Shown: one piece after another, positions 9,740 through 20,008 of the stretch
Layout of the letters: every line of letters starts with the position of its first letter
How positions within the stretch are numbered: position 1 is the first letter of the stretch
Source of the DNA: Bdellovibrionota bacterium
Lineage (GTDB): Bacteria > Bdellovibrionota_C > UBA2361 > CAKMMH01
Reading direction: 5' to 3'
DNA: 64,000 nt
Assembly (NCBI GenBank): GCA_050952645.1
Contig: JBMNLI010000017.1
Location: 256,001 to 320,000 of the forward strand
The notes under the pieces: model-generated
What the model was told of the DNA's origin: nothing
What the model saw: the letters and a program-made list of their open reading frames with translations, nothing else
Database searches by the model: none
Made by a program: the position numbers and the translations under genes

Positions 9740-11182
9740 ATGATATTTAAAAAAAGAAATTTTTTACTACTGTTTTTAATTTTATGCGTATCTTGCGTAA
9801 ATCACGACCTACAAAGCGCACTCGATGCAGACAAGAAAGGAGACACTACTACTGCCCTTAAGCATTTCAATAAATACTTAAACTCAAAATCGAATAAAGA
9901 AACCATCGATACTGCAAACGTTAGAGTTAACACTTTGCAAGCAAAAAAATTAGTTAAAAAAATTGAAACTACACTAGAAGCCCAAGAAGACACGCTTACC
10001 GCTGATGATTACAGAAAAATGTTAAAAGAAATAAGATCCCACAAAAACTGGGATCCTGATGATATAATTTTTAGCTTAACTAAATCGAGAATTAAAGACC
10101 GCTTAGCTATAATTCAAGATGAGTGCAAAAGCCTTGAAACCGTTTTAAATGTATTCTTAAAAAACAAGGAAGAGATAAAAGCTTATAAAACTTTTAATTT
10201 TATAAAAGAAAAAGATAGGAATTATAAGGTAGCTCCATTAACTGAAATAAAAATAGTAGATATTTTTACTAAACATAATGAGAAGAATTTTTATAAAAAT
10301 GTAAAGAACAATAATTTTAAAGATGCCGCGCTTTTCTTGCAAGTTTTAGATGCCGAGCTTTTTAGCGAAATATATAAAGAAGAGTTAAGAAAAAAATACT
10401 CTAATGTTTTAAGCCAAATTGCAACTCCTAAGATTGCAAAACTTATAGAAGAAAAAAAATTTTTAAATGCTTACGATATAAATAATACGACTATTAAAAA
10501 TGAAGCAATTAAAGAAAAAATAAAAGAAGAACTTAAAGAAAATTTAATCAATCAAGATGGCACGGTAAGCGTAAAAGATTTTATAACCCTTGAGGGGTAT
10601 TTAATTATATCGCCTGAATTAAAGCCGCTAGTAGAAAAAAGCTATTATGAATATATAGATAAAATTTCTTTGCCTATTACAAATATATCTTTCGTTTTAA
10701 AAAATTATGGTCTTAGAAAAGATATATATAATGATTTAAAGTTTTCTATAAAATCTAAAATATCTGAAATGACGATTCCAATAAAATTAAAAAATAGTAA
10801 AAGCAAAGACTTAGATTATTCCATAGAACTTGAAACTTACAAAATAGAAAATGATAAGATAAAAACAAAAATCAATATTTCTAAAATAAAACCTAAGCAT
10901 GAAAATATAGTTATACAAAAAATATCTTCAATATATAATGAGAACTTAAAAGTAGTAAGCACTAGTAGGTTAACTAATAAGATTATGAAAGTAATAAGAC
11001 AAAATGTAAAAATCGATGTGCTTACGATGCTGAAATCTGCAAGGTATTATTTAGCTAGAAAAGATTTAAAAAATTTTAAAGATATAACAAGCAAACTAAT
11101 CTTACTAAACCAAATAGAGCCTTTTGATGATGATACGGAAAATAAGTTAATAAATCTTTTATCGGAATACGAAGCGTTATGA
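9740..11182 (+). CDS. Putative lipoprotein, helical/TPR-like, unknown function
   Basis: Signal peptide with lipobox CVSC; stop overlaps the fmt start. Confidence 0.65.
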   Translation: MIFKKRNFLLLFLILCVSCVNHDLQSALDADKKGDTTTALKHFNKYLNSKSNKETIDTANVRVNTLQAKKLVKKIETTLEAQEDTLTADDYRKMLKEIRSHKNWDPDDIIFSLTKSRIKDRLAIIQDECKSLETVLNVFLKNKEEIKAYKTFNFIKEKDRNYKVAPLTEIKIVDIFTKHNEKNFYKNVKNNNFKDAALFLQVLDAELFSEIYKEELRKKYSNVLSQIATPKIAKLIEEKKFLNAYDINNTTIKNEAIKEKIKEELKENLINQDGTVSVKDFITLEGYLIISPELKPLVEKSYYEYIDKISLPITNISFVLKNYGLRKDIYNDLKFSIKSKISEMTIPIKLKNSKSKDLDYSIELETYKIENDKIKTKINISKIKPKHENIVIQKISSIYNENLKVVSTSRLTNKIMKVIRQNVKIDVLTMLKSARYYLARKDLKNFKDITSKLILLNQIEPFDDDTENKLINLLSEYEAL

Positions 11183-12165
11183 GTAGTAATAAAATAAATA
11201 TTCTTTTTTTTGGAACTCCAGATTATTCTTTAGAAACTTTAGAAGCACTTTTTAACAAAGATAATGTAAACGTAGCAGGAGTTATTACGAAAGAAGACAA
11301 ACCTAAAGGGCGTGGTGGAAAAATATCCCCTACTTCGATAAAAATTTTTGCAATGGAAAAAAACATCCCCTACTTTACTCCTCATATTTTAAGAAATGAG
11401 CAAGAAGCGTTTTTTAATTTCTGCAAAACTCTTCCTAAAATCGATTTATCCGTAGTTATCGCATATGGGCAAATTTTACCTAAAGAGATTTTAGAGTTTC
11501 CAGAGCATGGCTCTGTAAACTTACACGCTTCCTTGCTTCCTCATTTAAGAGGCGCCGCTCCCATTCAAAGAGCCATTATGAATGGGGACACTAAAACGGG
11601 AGTATGTCTTATGAAAATGGACGAAGGGCTAGACACTGGGGATGTATATTTAAGCCAAACCGTAAAGATTGATGATACTACAACTTTTGGAAATTTATAC
11701 AAGATGCTATCTTCACTAAGTGCAAAAATTATTTGTGATAATATCGAAAAAATTATTAACGGCAAGCTTAAAGCTAAAAAGCAATCTTTAAAAAACGTTA
11801 GCTATGCTCGTAAAATTTTAAAAGAAGAGGCTTTGATAAATTGGGAAGATAGCAGTCATAAAATATTAAGATTGATAAATGCGATGGATCCTTTGCTAGG
11901 AGCCTATACGATATTTAATAATAAGCGTTTAAAACTTTTTACCCCTAAGATTGCACCTAAAATTGCCCCTAAAACTAAAAAGCGAGAACTTAAAGTTTCT
12001 AGCGATATAAAAAATGGTGATATTAGAAATGGCGATATAGTAGGATTTAGGAAAGACTATATTCAATTTAAGTGCAAAGACAATCTATTAAATATTTATG
12101 AGGTGCAACTAGAGGGAAAGAGGAGAATGAAAGCCGCAGAGTTTATATCTGGGCTAAAATCTTAA
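11179..12165 (+). CDS. fmt: Methionyl-tRNA formyltransferase
   Basis: FFGTPDY, DKPKGRG, AYGQILP, NLHASLLP-LRGAAPIQRAI and GLDTGD motifs. Confidence 0.97.
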   Translation: MSSNKINILFFGTPDYSLETLEALFNKDNVNVAGVITKEDKPKGRGGKISPTSIKIFAMEKNIPYFTPHILRNEQEAFFNFCKTLPKIDLSVVIAYGQILPKEILEFPEHGSVNLHASLLPHLRGAAPIQRAIMNGDTKTGVCLMKMDEGLDTGDVYLSQTVKIDDTTTFGNLYKMLSSLSAKIICDNIEKIINGKLKAKKQSLKNVSYARKILKEEALINWEDSSHKILRLINAMDPLLGAYTIFNNKRLKLFTPKIAPKIAPKTKKRELKVSSDIKNGDIRNGDIVGFRKDYIQFKCKDNLLNIYEVQLEGKRRMKAAEFISGLKS

Positions 12166-12297
12166 AATAAACAATTAAAAAAAATACAAAACAGCTTTAA
12201 AACGATTTAAGAATAAACTTAACTTATAAACTTACATTTATAAACTTACATTTATAAACTTATATTGCAAACTTAACAATAAATAGGAGAAATACTT

Positions 12298-13167
12298 ATG
12301 TGGGCTTTATTTGCTGCATGTTCGGCAATTACTCAGGCGCTTTTTGACGTAACGAATAAAAAATATCTTTCATATAAAAAGGTAGATGGAGCGATTTTAG
12401 GATTTGGAACTTTTTTAGCCGCCACTCTTTTTTTAATTCCGATAGCACTTTTTAATATTCCTGAGCAATTAGGAAAAGAGTTTTACTACCTGCTTCCGAT
12501 CGCTGGGATTCTAGATGCGATAGCAATGTTTCTTTATATAAAATCTGTTAAAATGGGAAACTTAGGCGATGTTTTACCTTTGCAAATGACGACCCCTCTT
12601 TTTACTATGCTTTTTGCACCTTTTTTATTAAATGAAACTATAACGCTAGTCAAGGCTTTGGGAATTATATTAATCGTGCTTGGCATTTACTGTTTAAACA
12701 TAAAAGATATAAAGCAAAATTTCTTATCTCCTATAAAATCAGTTCTTAATAATAAGGCAAGCAGGCTATTTCTTCTTACGGCGCTTATATGGAGCATTAC
12801 TACTTGTTTACATAAGTTAGGAATGAAAAGCTCTAATACTTTCTACTGGCTCGTTTTAGTAAAAGGCATGGATTTTATTTTCTTTTATGCGATTTTAGCT
12901 TTTTACCAAAAAACAAAGATAGACAATAAGCTACTAAAAGAGAACTGGCGTGCCTTTTCTATATTAGGTTTTTTAAGTGCTACAACATCTGCATTTTTTT
13001 ATATTGCAGTTTACCTTGGCACTACCGTTTATGCTATGATTATAAAAAGGGGTAGCGTTTTAATTAGCATAATTCTTGGTGCTATTTTATATAAAGAGGT
13101 AAATTTAAAGGAACATATGATAGGTGCCTTAATTATGCTTCTTGGCTGTTTCTTTGTGGCAATATAA
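12298..13167 (+). CDS. EamA/DMT family transporter
   Basis: About 10 hydrophobic helices in two repeats; PLF..L...LLNE and G...YKE motifs. Confidence 0.85.
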   Translation: MWALFAACSAITQALFDVTNKKYLSYKKVDGAILGFGTFLAATLFLIPIALFNIPEQLGKEFYYLLPIAGILDAIAMFLYIKSVKMGNLGDVLPLQMTTPLFTMLFAPFLLNETITLVKALGIILIVLGIYCLNIKDIKQNFLSPIKSVLNNKASRLFLLTALIWSITTCLHKLGMKSSNTFYWLVLVKGMDFIFFYAILAFYQKTKIDNKLLKENWRAFSILGFLSATTSAFFYIAVYLGTTVYAMIIKRGSVLISIILGAILYKEVNLKEHMIGALIMLLGCFFVAI

Positions 13168-13205
13168 AAAAAAAGGTGCTAAGGAGCAGAACTCCTTAAC
13201 ACCTT
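13166..13205 (-). terminator. Intrinsic terminator on the minus strand
   Basis: Stem AAGGTG-TAAGGAG / CTCCTTA-CACCTT with an A run on the + strand (U tail on minus). Confidence 0.7.
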
Positions 13206-13400
13206 ACAGAGAAAGTAGCGAGGTAAAAATCATTTAATTTAAAAAGTTATTTCAGCCGTATTTATAATTTTTTTATGTGTATTATTTATTTATATTTTTA
13301 AATTATATATTTTATCAACACGTTTCTTATAACTTTCTTTTCTTGCTCAAGACAATTTTTTTTATATCTTGTGTGCAAATATGAACTATTATTCAGCATT

Positions 13401-13452
13401 TTTAAGGGAGTTCCTTAAGTATTTAAAGCTTTCTTTTTAAGGAACTCCTTAA
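13401..13452 (-). terminator. Hairpin immediately downstream of flagellin 3
   Basis: TTAAGGGAGTTCCTTAA ... TTAAGGAACTCCTTAA inverted repeat. Confidence 0.6.
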
Positions 13453-13469
13453 ATTTATCTTTATCAAAA

Positions 13470-14327
13470 TTATTGTAATAATGATAAAGCTATTGCTGGT
13501 GCTTGGTTTGCCTGAGCAAGAACTGAAGATGCGGCTTGTTGTAATATATTTAATCTAGTAAGCTCAGCAGCTTCAGAGGCAACATCAACGTCTCTAATAC
13601 GGCTTTCAGCAGAAGCAAAGTTCTCCTTAGCAACCTCTAAGTTGTTAATAGACACCTCAAGTCTAGATTGAGTAGCACCTAAAACACCTCTAGTAGCTGC
13701 AAGCGATGTAATAGCAGCATTTACTGCATCTAGTGCAGTTCTCGATGCTTCTTGAGCAGCTTCGGCAGTGTTAGCATTAATAGAAAAAGATAACTGAGAA
13801 GAGTTAGCTTGTGCTAATCCTAATGCTGCTAACGTGCCTTGAGTGTTCTTAAAAGATACTTGTGATGTAGAAGCAGAGTCGAACCCTACTTGCAACGTCA
13901 CACCACTAGAACCCGATAATAGTCCTACACCATTAAACTCGGTAGTTACTGCTATACGCTCGATTTCAGATGCTAGCGACACAAACTCATTTTGAAGCGC
14001 AGAACGTTGAACGGTCGAATATACACCGTTTGCCGATTGCTCAGCTAGCTCTGCAAGTCTTGTGAGAACGTCGCCAATTTGTCCTAATGCACCATCAGCG
14101 ATAGATACTGCCGATATACCGTCATTAGCGTTTCTTATTGCCACAGCGGCAATTCGTTGGTCAGCCTTCAAAGAGTCAGCGATAGCAAGTCCTGCAGCGT
14201 CGTCACTAGCTTTATTGATTCTTAAACCAGATGATAGTTTTTCGTATGAAGAACTAAGCTCTGCGGTTGCAATGCCTAATTTTCTTTGAGCCTGTAAAGA
14301 TTGAACATTTGACCCTAATGTAATCAT
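13470..14327 (-). CDS. fliC: Flagellin (minimal, 285 aa)
   Basis: EKLSSGLRINKASDDAAGLAI ... SRIRDVDVASEAAELTRLNILQQA. Confidence 0.97.
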   Translation of the reverse strand: MITLGSNVQSLQAQRKLGIATAELSSSYEKLSSGLRINKASDDAAGLAIADSLKADQRIAAVAIRNANDGISAVSIADGALGQIGDVLTRLAELAEQSANGVYSTVQRSALQNEFVSLASEIERIAVTTEFNGVGLLSGSSGVTLQVGFDSASTSQVSFKNTQGTLAALGLAQANSSQLSFSINANTAEAAQEASRTALDAVNAAITSLAATRGVLGATQSRLEVSINNLEVAKENFASAESRIRDVDVASEAAELTRLNILQQAASSVLAQANQAPAIALSLLQ

Positions 14328-14330
14328 ATA

Positions 14331-14383
14331 AATATCCTCCGTGATATTAACTTTCCTTTTTATATAACAATCCTTTGTTATAT
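14331..14383 (-). promoter_or_regulatory. Two CsrA-type GGA-loop hairpins in the flagellin 3 leader
   Basis: Minus strand ATATAACAA-AGGA-TTGTTATAT (14362-14383) and AATATC-ACGGAG-GATATT (14331-14348, overlapping the SD). Confidence 0.72.
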
Positions 14384-14870
14384 TTTTTATGTGGGTATAA
14401 AGAGGCTAGAAAACTAGAGGCTATAAAACTAGCAACTAGAAAACTAGAAACTAGTAAACTAGCAAGAAGCTAAAGCTTTCTTATTATAGTTTTTAAGCTT
14501 ATAGTTTTTAAGCCATCCCTTTTTTCACATATTTAAAAAGGAAGTCTAAAACAATTTTTCTTTTTTTTGGGTTATTGTATTTTGAAAAAGAGGACAAAAG
14601 AAATCTGTTTCCTCGCTAGCTTTCTTTGTGTCAAAACTTTTAATTATCATACTCTAACCTTGCTACTTTTCTTGAAACAATTTTTTTAAAGAATTGCTTC
14701 AATTAAATATCACTACGGATCTTTTGAAAAAAAACTTTAATATGAAATATTTTAAAAATAAATTTAATGACTTAGCTTAATAGCTTGAGAGATTAAAAGA
14801 ATAAAGTTATAATGCTTCTTAGGTGTAAAACATAAATGAAATTATTTCATAATTTTTAAAGGGTAAGCAA

Positions 14871-15200
14871 ATGTCAAATAATATTTTACAATTAACTGAT
14901 AGCGATTTTAACTCGCAAGTGTTAGATACTAAAACTTTAGTGCTAGTAGATTTTTGGGCTCCTTGGTGTGGCCCTTGCAAAATGATAACTCCTATATTAG
15001 AAGAAATTAGTGCAGAATATGAGGGTAAGGTTAAGGTGTGTAAAATAAACGTTGACGACCACAAAGAGAATGCAAGCAAGTATAACGTTAGGGGAATTCC
15101 GAATTTAATCTTATTTAATAACGGCGAGATGATTGATCAAATAGTCGGGGCAGTTCCAAAAGAAATAATAAAAGAAATGATAGATAAGCATTTAGAATAA
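14871..15200 (+). CDS. trxA: Thioredoxin
   Basis: VDFWAPWCGPCK active site. Confidence 0.97.
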   Translation: MSNNILQLTDSDFNSQVLDTKTLVLVDFWAPWCGPCKMITPILEEISAEYEGKVKVCKINVDDHKENASKYNVRGIPNLILFNNGEMIDQIVGAVPKEIIKEMIDKHLE

Positions 15201-15442
15201 CTAAGGAGGGTGGGGTTTCCCTTTTTCAAGATTTTTATATCTTGGCTTATATTTATGTTTTTTTATTTTACGTGCATAACTTGTGCTTAAATTTTTAAGT
15301 TAAACTCTTAAGATATTTTTATGCCCCTAGTCTTTAAAATGCCAGCGAAGATAGCAAAAGAAAATAACTAAGAAAAATGACTAAAGAAAATGCACGTAAA
15401 ATAGAGCATCAATAAAAGTAAAATTTTTTTTAAAAAGAAGTT

Positions 15443-16393
15443 ATGGAAGAGTTTTTCTACGAACTAACATTTTTTCATAAAAACATAGAAGAATATACTT
15501 ACAAGATTTTCGACCTTGGGACTAATGGACTTCAAGTAATCGATGAAAACACTGTAAAAATATTTTCTTATGACAAAGAAAATATAGAAACCCTTATTTT
15601 AAATATAGAAAATTTAGGTTTTAAACTTAAAGATAAAAAGAAAGTTAAAGATGAAAACTGGATAATAAAATGCCCGAAAGAGCTTGAAAATCTAGTTATT
15701 GGGAAACTAAAAATAGTTCCTACTATCAATATAAACGATATAAATAAGAAAGAAGAACAAGATAATATAGCTAATAATAATACAAAGAAAGATAATAATA
15801 CCTCAAATATAAAAGATAAGGCTTCTTTAAATTCACCTTTAGCTTCACCTTTAGTAAATTTAAAAATTATCCCTGGGGCTGCTTTTGGAACGGGACATCA
15901 TGAAACTACGAAAAACGTTTTAGCCCTGCTTCAACACGATAAGATAAGTGAAAATGTTAAGAATAATAATATTAAAAATGTGTTAGATATTGGCACTGGC
16001 TCTGCTATTTTAGCTATCGGCACATCGCTTTTATATGGGGTATCGTATGGCGTAAAGGTTCTTGCTTTTGATAATGATGAAACTACCATAGAAAATGCTA
16101 AAGATAACATTAGACTAAATAATTTAGAAGATAAAATTACGCTTTTTTGTGGAGATATAAGCAAAGTTTCTAAGAGTTTTGACCTTATATTAGCAAATAT
16201 TTATGCAGAGGTTTTAATAGATATTTATGAAAACCTCCTTAAGGTATGCTCAAAAAACGCTTTTTTAATCCTCTCAGGGATAGAAGAAAAGAAAGCTAAA
16301 AATATTATAAAGAAATATTCGAGAAATTTTAGCATTATCACTCAAAACACTGAAAATGGCTGGACTAGTATCTTACTTAATAAAGCGAAATAA
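15443..16393 (+). CDS. prmA: Ribosomal protein L11 methyltransferase
   Basis: PGAAFGTGHHETT, LDIGTGSAILAI, DLILANI and ILSGI motifs. Confidence 0.92.
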   Translation: MEEFFYELTFFHKNIEEYTYKIFDLGTNGLQVIDENTVKIFSYDKENIETLILNIENLGFKLKDKKKVKDENWIIKCPKELENLVIGKLKIVPTININDINKKEEQDNIANNNTKKDNNTSNIKDKASLNSPLASPLVNLKIIPGAAFGTGHHETTKNVLALLQHDKISENVKNNNIKNVLDIGTGSAILAIGTSLLYGVSYGVKVLAFDNDETTIENAKDNIRLNNLEDKITLFCGDISKVSKSFDLILANIYAEVLIDIYENLLKVCSKNAFLILSGIEEKKAKNIIKKYSRNFSIITQNTENGWTSILLNKAK

Positions 16394-16529
16394 TAAAGCG
16401 AAATAATAAAGTAAAATAATAAAACAGTATAATAAAACAGTATAATAAAACTAAAAATAGAAAATAAAAATCAAAAAAATCTTATTTATCACTATCAATT
16501 ATTTTATTGATAGTTTATAATTTCTCCTT

Positions 16530-17600
16530 ATGGACAATAATGAATTTTTAACAGAATCTCAAACATTAATTTACGCAGGAATAGATCGCAACATTTTAAC
16601 TCGTTTCTGTGAAACTGGTTATATAAAAACTAAGATGCTAGCAAACGGGCAAGTTTTATATAGCAAGTCGGAAATAGAAAGAGTCTTTGGAAAGAGACGC
16701 GAGGTTTTAGCTAGCTATGATGCTAAGCAATCTGTAGGTCAAGGAAGTGCATTAAAGGTAGGCAACTTAGATGTAGCTTATAGCGATGATTACAGTAGTG
16801 ATGATTTCAGTAGTGATAATTACGAAGATGATATCCAAAGTGAAAAAAGTGCTAACAAGCAAAACATTAACAAGCAAAGTGCTAATGAAAAAAGCGCTAA
16901 GAGTAATACCTCAAGGCTTATAAAATTTCCTGAAGCTACTAGAACTAATGTTAGCAAAGAGGAGCAAGAGCTAAGTAGCAAAGCCAATAAAGACTTCCAA
17001 GGCACTAATAATAGAGATAATAATAAAAATAATAATAACGTTTATAATGATAATGCTGAAATGATTGCTAAGGTAAAAGAAGAAACGAGTAATCAAAATA
17101 GCGATGCGTTTAATAGCAATAAAACTGCTAATTATCAATATAATAATTTGCATAATAATTTACAAAGTAATTTACACAGCAATTTGCATAGTGGGCTACA
17201 AAACTTTCAAGGCTTTAATCATAATAAAAATGTTAATACATCATTTAGCAAACCAGAGCAAAGTTATATAGAGCAAGTAAAAAAACTTTCAAACGATAAT
17301 GGAAATTTAAAACAAGAAATAGTAAAACTTCAAAGTTATGCAAGGCTACAAAAGAAACTCTTAGAGGTAAAGGAAAATGAGATAAGTGAGTTGAAGCAAG
17401 AAAAAGATTGGCTAAAAAATCGCATAGAAAGTCAAGAAGAAAAGAACAATAGGGATCAACTTCTTATTCTTTCTGAAACTAGAGTTATACATAATTTACT
17501 TGCTAACGCCCAAAAAACATCGCCTTTTCGTGCAGCTTTAGAATGGTTTGGCTTTACAAAGAAAAATAGGCAAGAAACTATCGACATGGTAAAACAGTAA
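16530..17600 (+). CDS. HTH + disordered linker + coiled coil + C-terminal amphipathic helix protein
   Basis: N-terminal MerR/excisionase-like segment, Asn/Ser-rich middle, heptad coiled coil, and terminal SPFRAALEWFGFTKK. Confidence 0.7.
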   Translation: MDNNEFLTESQTLIYAGIDRNILTRFCETGYIKTKMLANGQVLYSKSEIERVFGKRREVLASYDAKQSVGQGSALKVGNLDVAYSDDYSSDDFSSDNYEDDIQSEKSANKQNINKQSANEKSAKSNTSRLIKFPEATRTNVSKEEQELSSKANKDFQGTNNRDNNKNNNNVYNDNAEMIAKVKEETSNQNSDAFNSNKTANYQYNNLHNNLQSNLHSNLHSGLQNFQGFNHNKNVNTSFSKPEQSYIEQVKKLSNDNGNLKQEIVKLQSYARLQKKLLEVKENEISELKQEKDWLKNRIESQEEKNNRDQLLILSETRVIHNLLANAQKTSPFRAALEWFGFTKKNRQETIDMVKQ

Positions 17601-17610
17601 GATATAAATA

Positions 17611-18390
17611 TTATTTCTTTCTTAATTTTACTGTAAGCATATTTGCTGGCAGGAAGAAAAAGAGTGCGTCTAAGTAGACGAATAGTTTTAAGAGTGGGTA
17701 AATTAAGGAGTAAAGTTTAAAGCTTTTTTTAAATTTATTTAAATCGTCTCCGCTAACGACCGTTCCTTTTTTTGTGTCTCTATTTTTTTGTAGTTTTCTT
17801 AATGCGAATATTATTAAAAAATCTATAAAATCCGAGAAGCATCTTGCGTATTTTTTAAATGAGATTATTTCAAAATCATTTAATGTTAAATCTTTTATTT
17901 CTTTTAAATTATATCCTGCTCTTACGTGTCCGTGAGCTTCATCGGTCTGCCCAGTTTTAAATTTTAAAAAACGAACAACACCATTTACGGGGTTTGGAGC
18001 GTTTATTATAAGCTGGCCTCCCTTTTTTAAAATTCTTGATAATTCTTCTATTACAAACTTATCATCGTGGATATGTTCTAAAAAATCTACTATCACTACG
18101 ACATCGAACATTTCGTTTTCAAATGGGAATTTTTCTTCATCGTTAACTTCAAAAACATTCGTTTCTACTAGTTCTTTTATAAGATTAACCGTCTCTTGGA
18201 TTAAATCCGCACTATACCAAGTGCCACCTTCTCTCCTTAAACAATACGATATTACGCCATTATCGGAGCCTATATCTAAGCAAGTTTTATTTGAATAATC
18301 TCCAAGCAGACTTTTAATAACATTATATTTTCTTTGTTTAAGTGGCGACTTATTAAAAATTTTTATCGCCCAATCTTTTTTACTATTCAT
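17611..18390 (-). CDS. Class I SAM-dependent methyltransferase
   Basis: CLDIGSDNG, FPFENEMFDVV, LEHI-DD and RILKKGG motifs. Confidence 0.88.
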   Translation of the reverse strand: MNSKKDWAIKIFNKSPLKQRKYNVIKSLLGDYSNKTCLDIGSDNGVISYCLRREGGTWYSADLIQETVNLIKELVETNVFEVNDEEKFPFENEMFDVVVIVDFLEHIHDDKFVIEELSRILKKGGQLIINAPNPVNGVVRFLKFKTGQTDEAHGHVRAGYNLKEIKDLTLNDFEIISFKKYARCFSDFIDFLIIFALRKLQKNRDTKKGTVVSGDDLNKFKKSFKLYSLIYPLLKLFVYLDALFFFLPANMLTVKLRKK

Positions 18391-18410
18391 AGCAAGTTTA
18401 ACCTATAAAA

Positions 18411-19745
18411 TTATTTCTTTAATCTTCTTCTTAAATTATTTAAGTAAAGAAGCACGTATCCAAAATCTGTAAGCAGAAGTTTCATTAAAAAATTTCTTAT
18501 GCTTTTGTAGGAGCAAAATATGTATAGCATATTTGAAAATTTCTGTTTTAAAATTTGTTTTTTAGAAAGGCTTGGAATTAGTTTGCCATACTCTCCAAAA
18601 TCTACTAAATTTTCTCTTTTTATAAAATACCAAGCACGTTTTTTCTTTGCTATTAGCATTTCTTTATTACAATTATCTGCTATATCTTTAGGCAATTCTT
18701 TTAAATATATTTTATTATTTTCAGAAGCGTTTTCTATAAGTTCTTTCCCTTGGCTAGTTCTTGCTAGAACGAAGCTATAACCATCTTTAAAATCTATTTT
18801 ATTAAAATGCTCTTTGTTTATATTTTTAAACCAAGGGTCGCCTACTGAAATATCGGCTAGTTCAGACGCACCATCGAAGCAATACATACATCTTTTAGGA
18901 GTATAAAGGCGATACATAATATTTAGCATTTCGTGCGATGTCGGTCTATAAAATTTCTTTTTAGGAAAATACACGGGGCGTAATTCATTATTTTCTAATC
19001 TTACGTAGGGCGTTCCTGGATGTTTTCCAAATCTAGAAATGTATTCTTTTACGGGAAGTTTATCTATATTAAATTTTTTTAATATTATTCTTTCTGGTAT
19101 CGTTTCTATTTGTGAATGGCAAAAAAGCCCGATAGTAAGAAGTATTTTTTCGTTAATTTTAGGATTTAGTTTTCTTATTTTCCATAGTGCGTGGATTTGG
19201 CAAGGTAGACCTACGAGAGCGAATTTTCCGTCTTCAGTTTCTAATTGTTTTAGGACATCTAGTGTTAAACTTCTTGAATATCTAGATTTCCCAGCATTTA
19301 AAATATCGCTTTTAGTTTTTGCTACTATGGCTTTTGCCTTAAAGCATTCAGTTTCATCTCCAGATACAAGGATTGCGCCTTTAATTTTAGAGGTTTCTAG
19401 CAATGATATTAACAAGGCTTTAACGAGTCCTCCGCTAGTTCCTTGCTCTCTAGTTTCTTCTTTTAGTGCGTAGCTTAAGTATGCGTTTTTGTATTCTCCA
19501 AGGGTTGTTTTTATATCGTAATTTTTATTATAAATTTCTTTATAAATTTCTAAAAAATTAAAATTATTTCCAGCGCAAACTTTACTACAAATTCCGCAAT
19601 GTGTGCATTTATCATCTAGAACTATTGGAATATTATCTATATTTTTTTCTAGCGCTTTAAACGGGCAACTAGCAATACACGCTCCACAGCTATTACAAAG
19701 CTTTGAGGACACTATGTTTTTTATATTTTTTTCTTTGTTTTTCAC
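18411..19745 (-). CDS. Coenzyme F420 hydrogenase/dehydrogenase beta-subunit (FrhB)-like Fe-S protein
   Basis: Two CxxCxxCxxxC ferredoxin motifs, TSGG, VGLPCQ, IGLFC and RCxxC-D..ADISVGD. Confidence 0.88.
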   Translation of the reverse strand: MKNKEKNIKNIVSSKLCNSCGACIASCPFKALEKNIDNIPIVLDDKCTHCGICSKVCAGNNFNFLEIYKEIYNKNYDIKTTLGEYKNAYLSYALKEETREQGTSGGLVKALLISLLETSKIKGAILVSGDETECFKAKAIVAKTKSDILNAGKSRYSRSLTLDVLKQLETEDGKFALVGLPCQIHALWKIRKLNPKINEKILLTIGLFCHSQIETIPERIILKKFNIDKLPVKEYISRFGKHPGTPYVRLENNELRPVYFPKKKFYRPTSHEMLNIMYRLYTPKRCMYCFDGASELADISVGDPWFKNINKEHFNKIDFKDGYSFVLARTSQGKELIENASENNKIYLKELPKDIADNCNKEMLIAKKKRAWYFIKRENLVDFGEYGKLIPSLSKKQILKQKFSNMLYIFCSYKSIRNFLMKLLLTDFGYVLLYLNNLRRRLKK

Positions 19746-20008
19746 ACACTAATAATATATTGCAAGGACTTATCAAGCAAGACTTCTTAAAACGTGAAAA
19801 ACTAATTTTTATAATAAAAAAAATAATTTGATTTATAAAGTAAGCTTATATAGAATTAACCGAAATGCTAAATAAAGAGAATTTTTAAGATAAAAATACA
19901 TTTAAAGAACTCCTATTTTAATTTTTAAGAAATTCATATACAATGTATATATATACAATATAATCGTTATATGTACTTGTTTGCTCTAAATCAAAAAAAA
20001 GGAAGATT

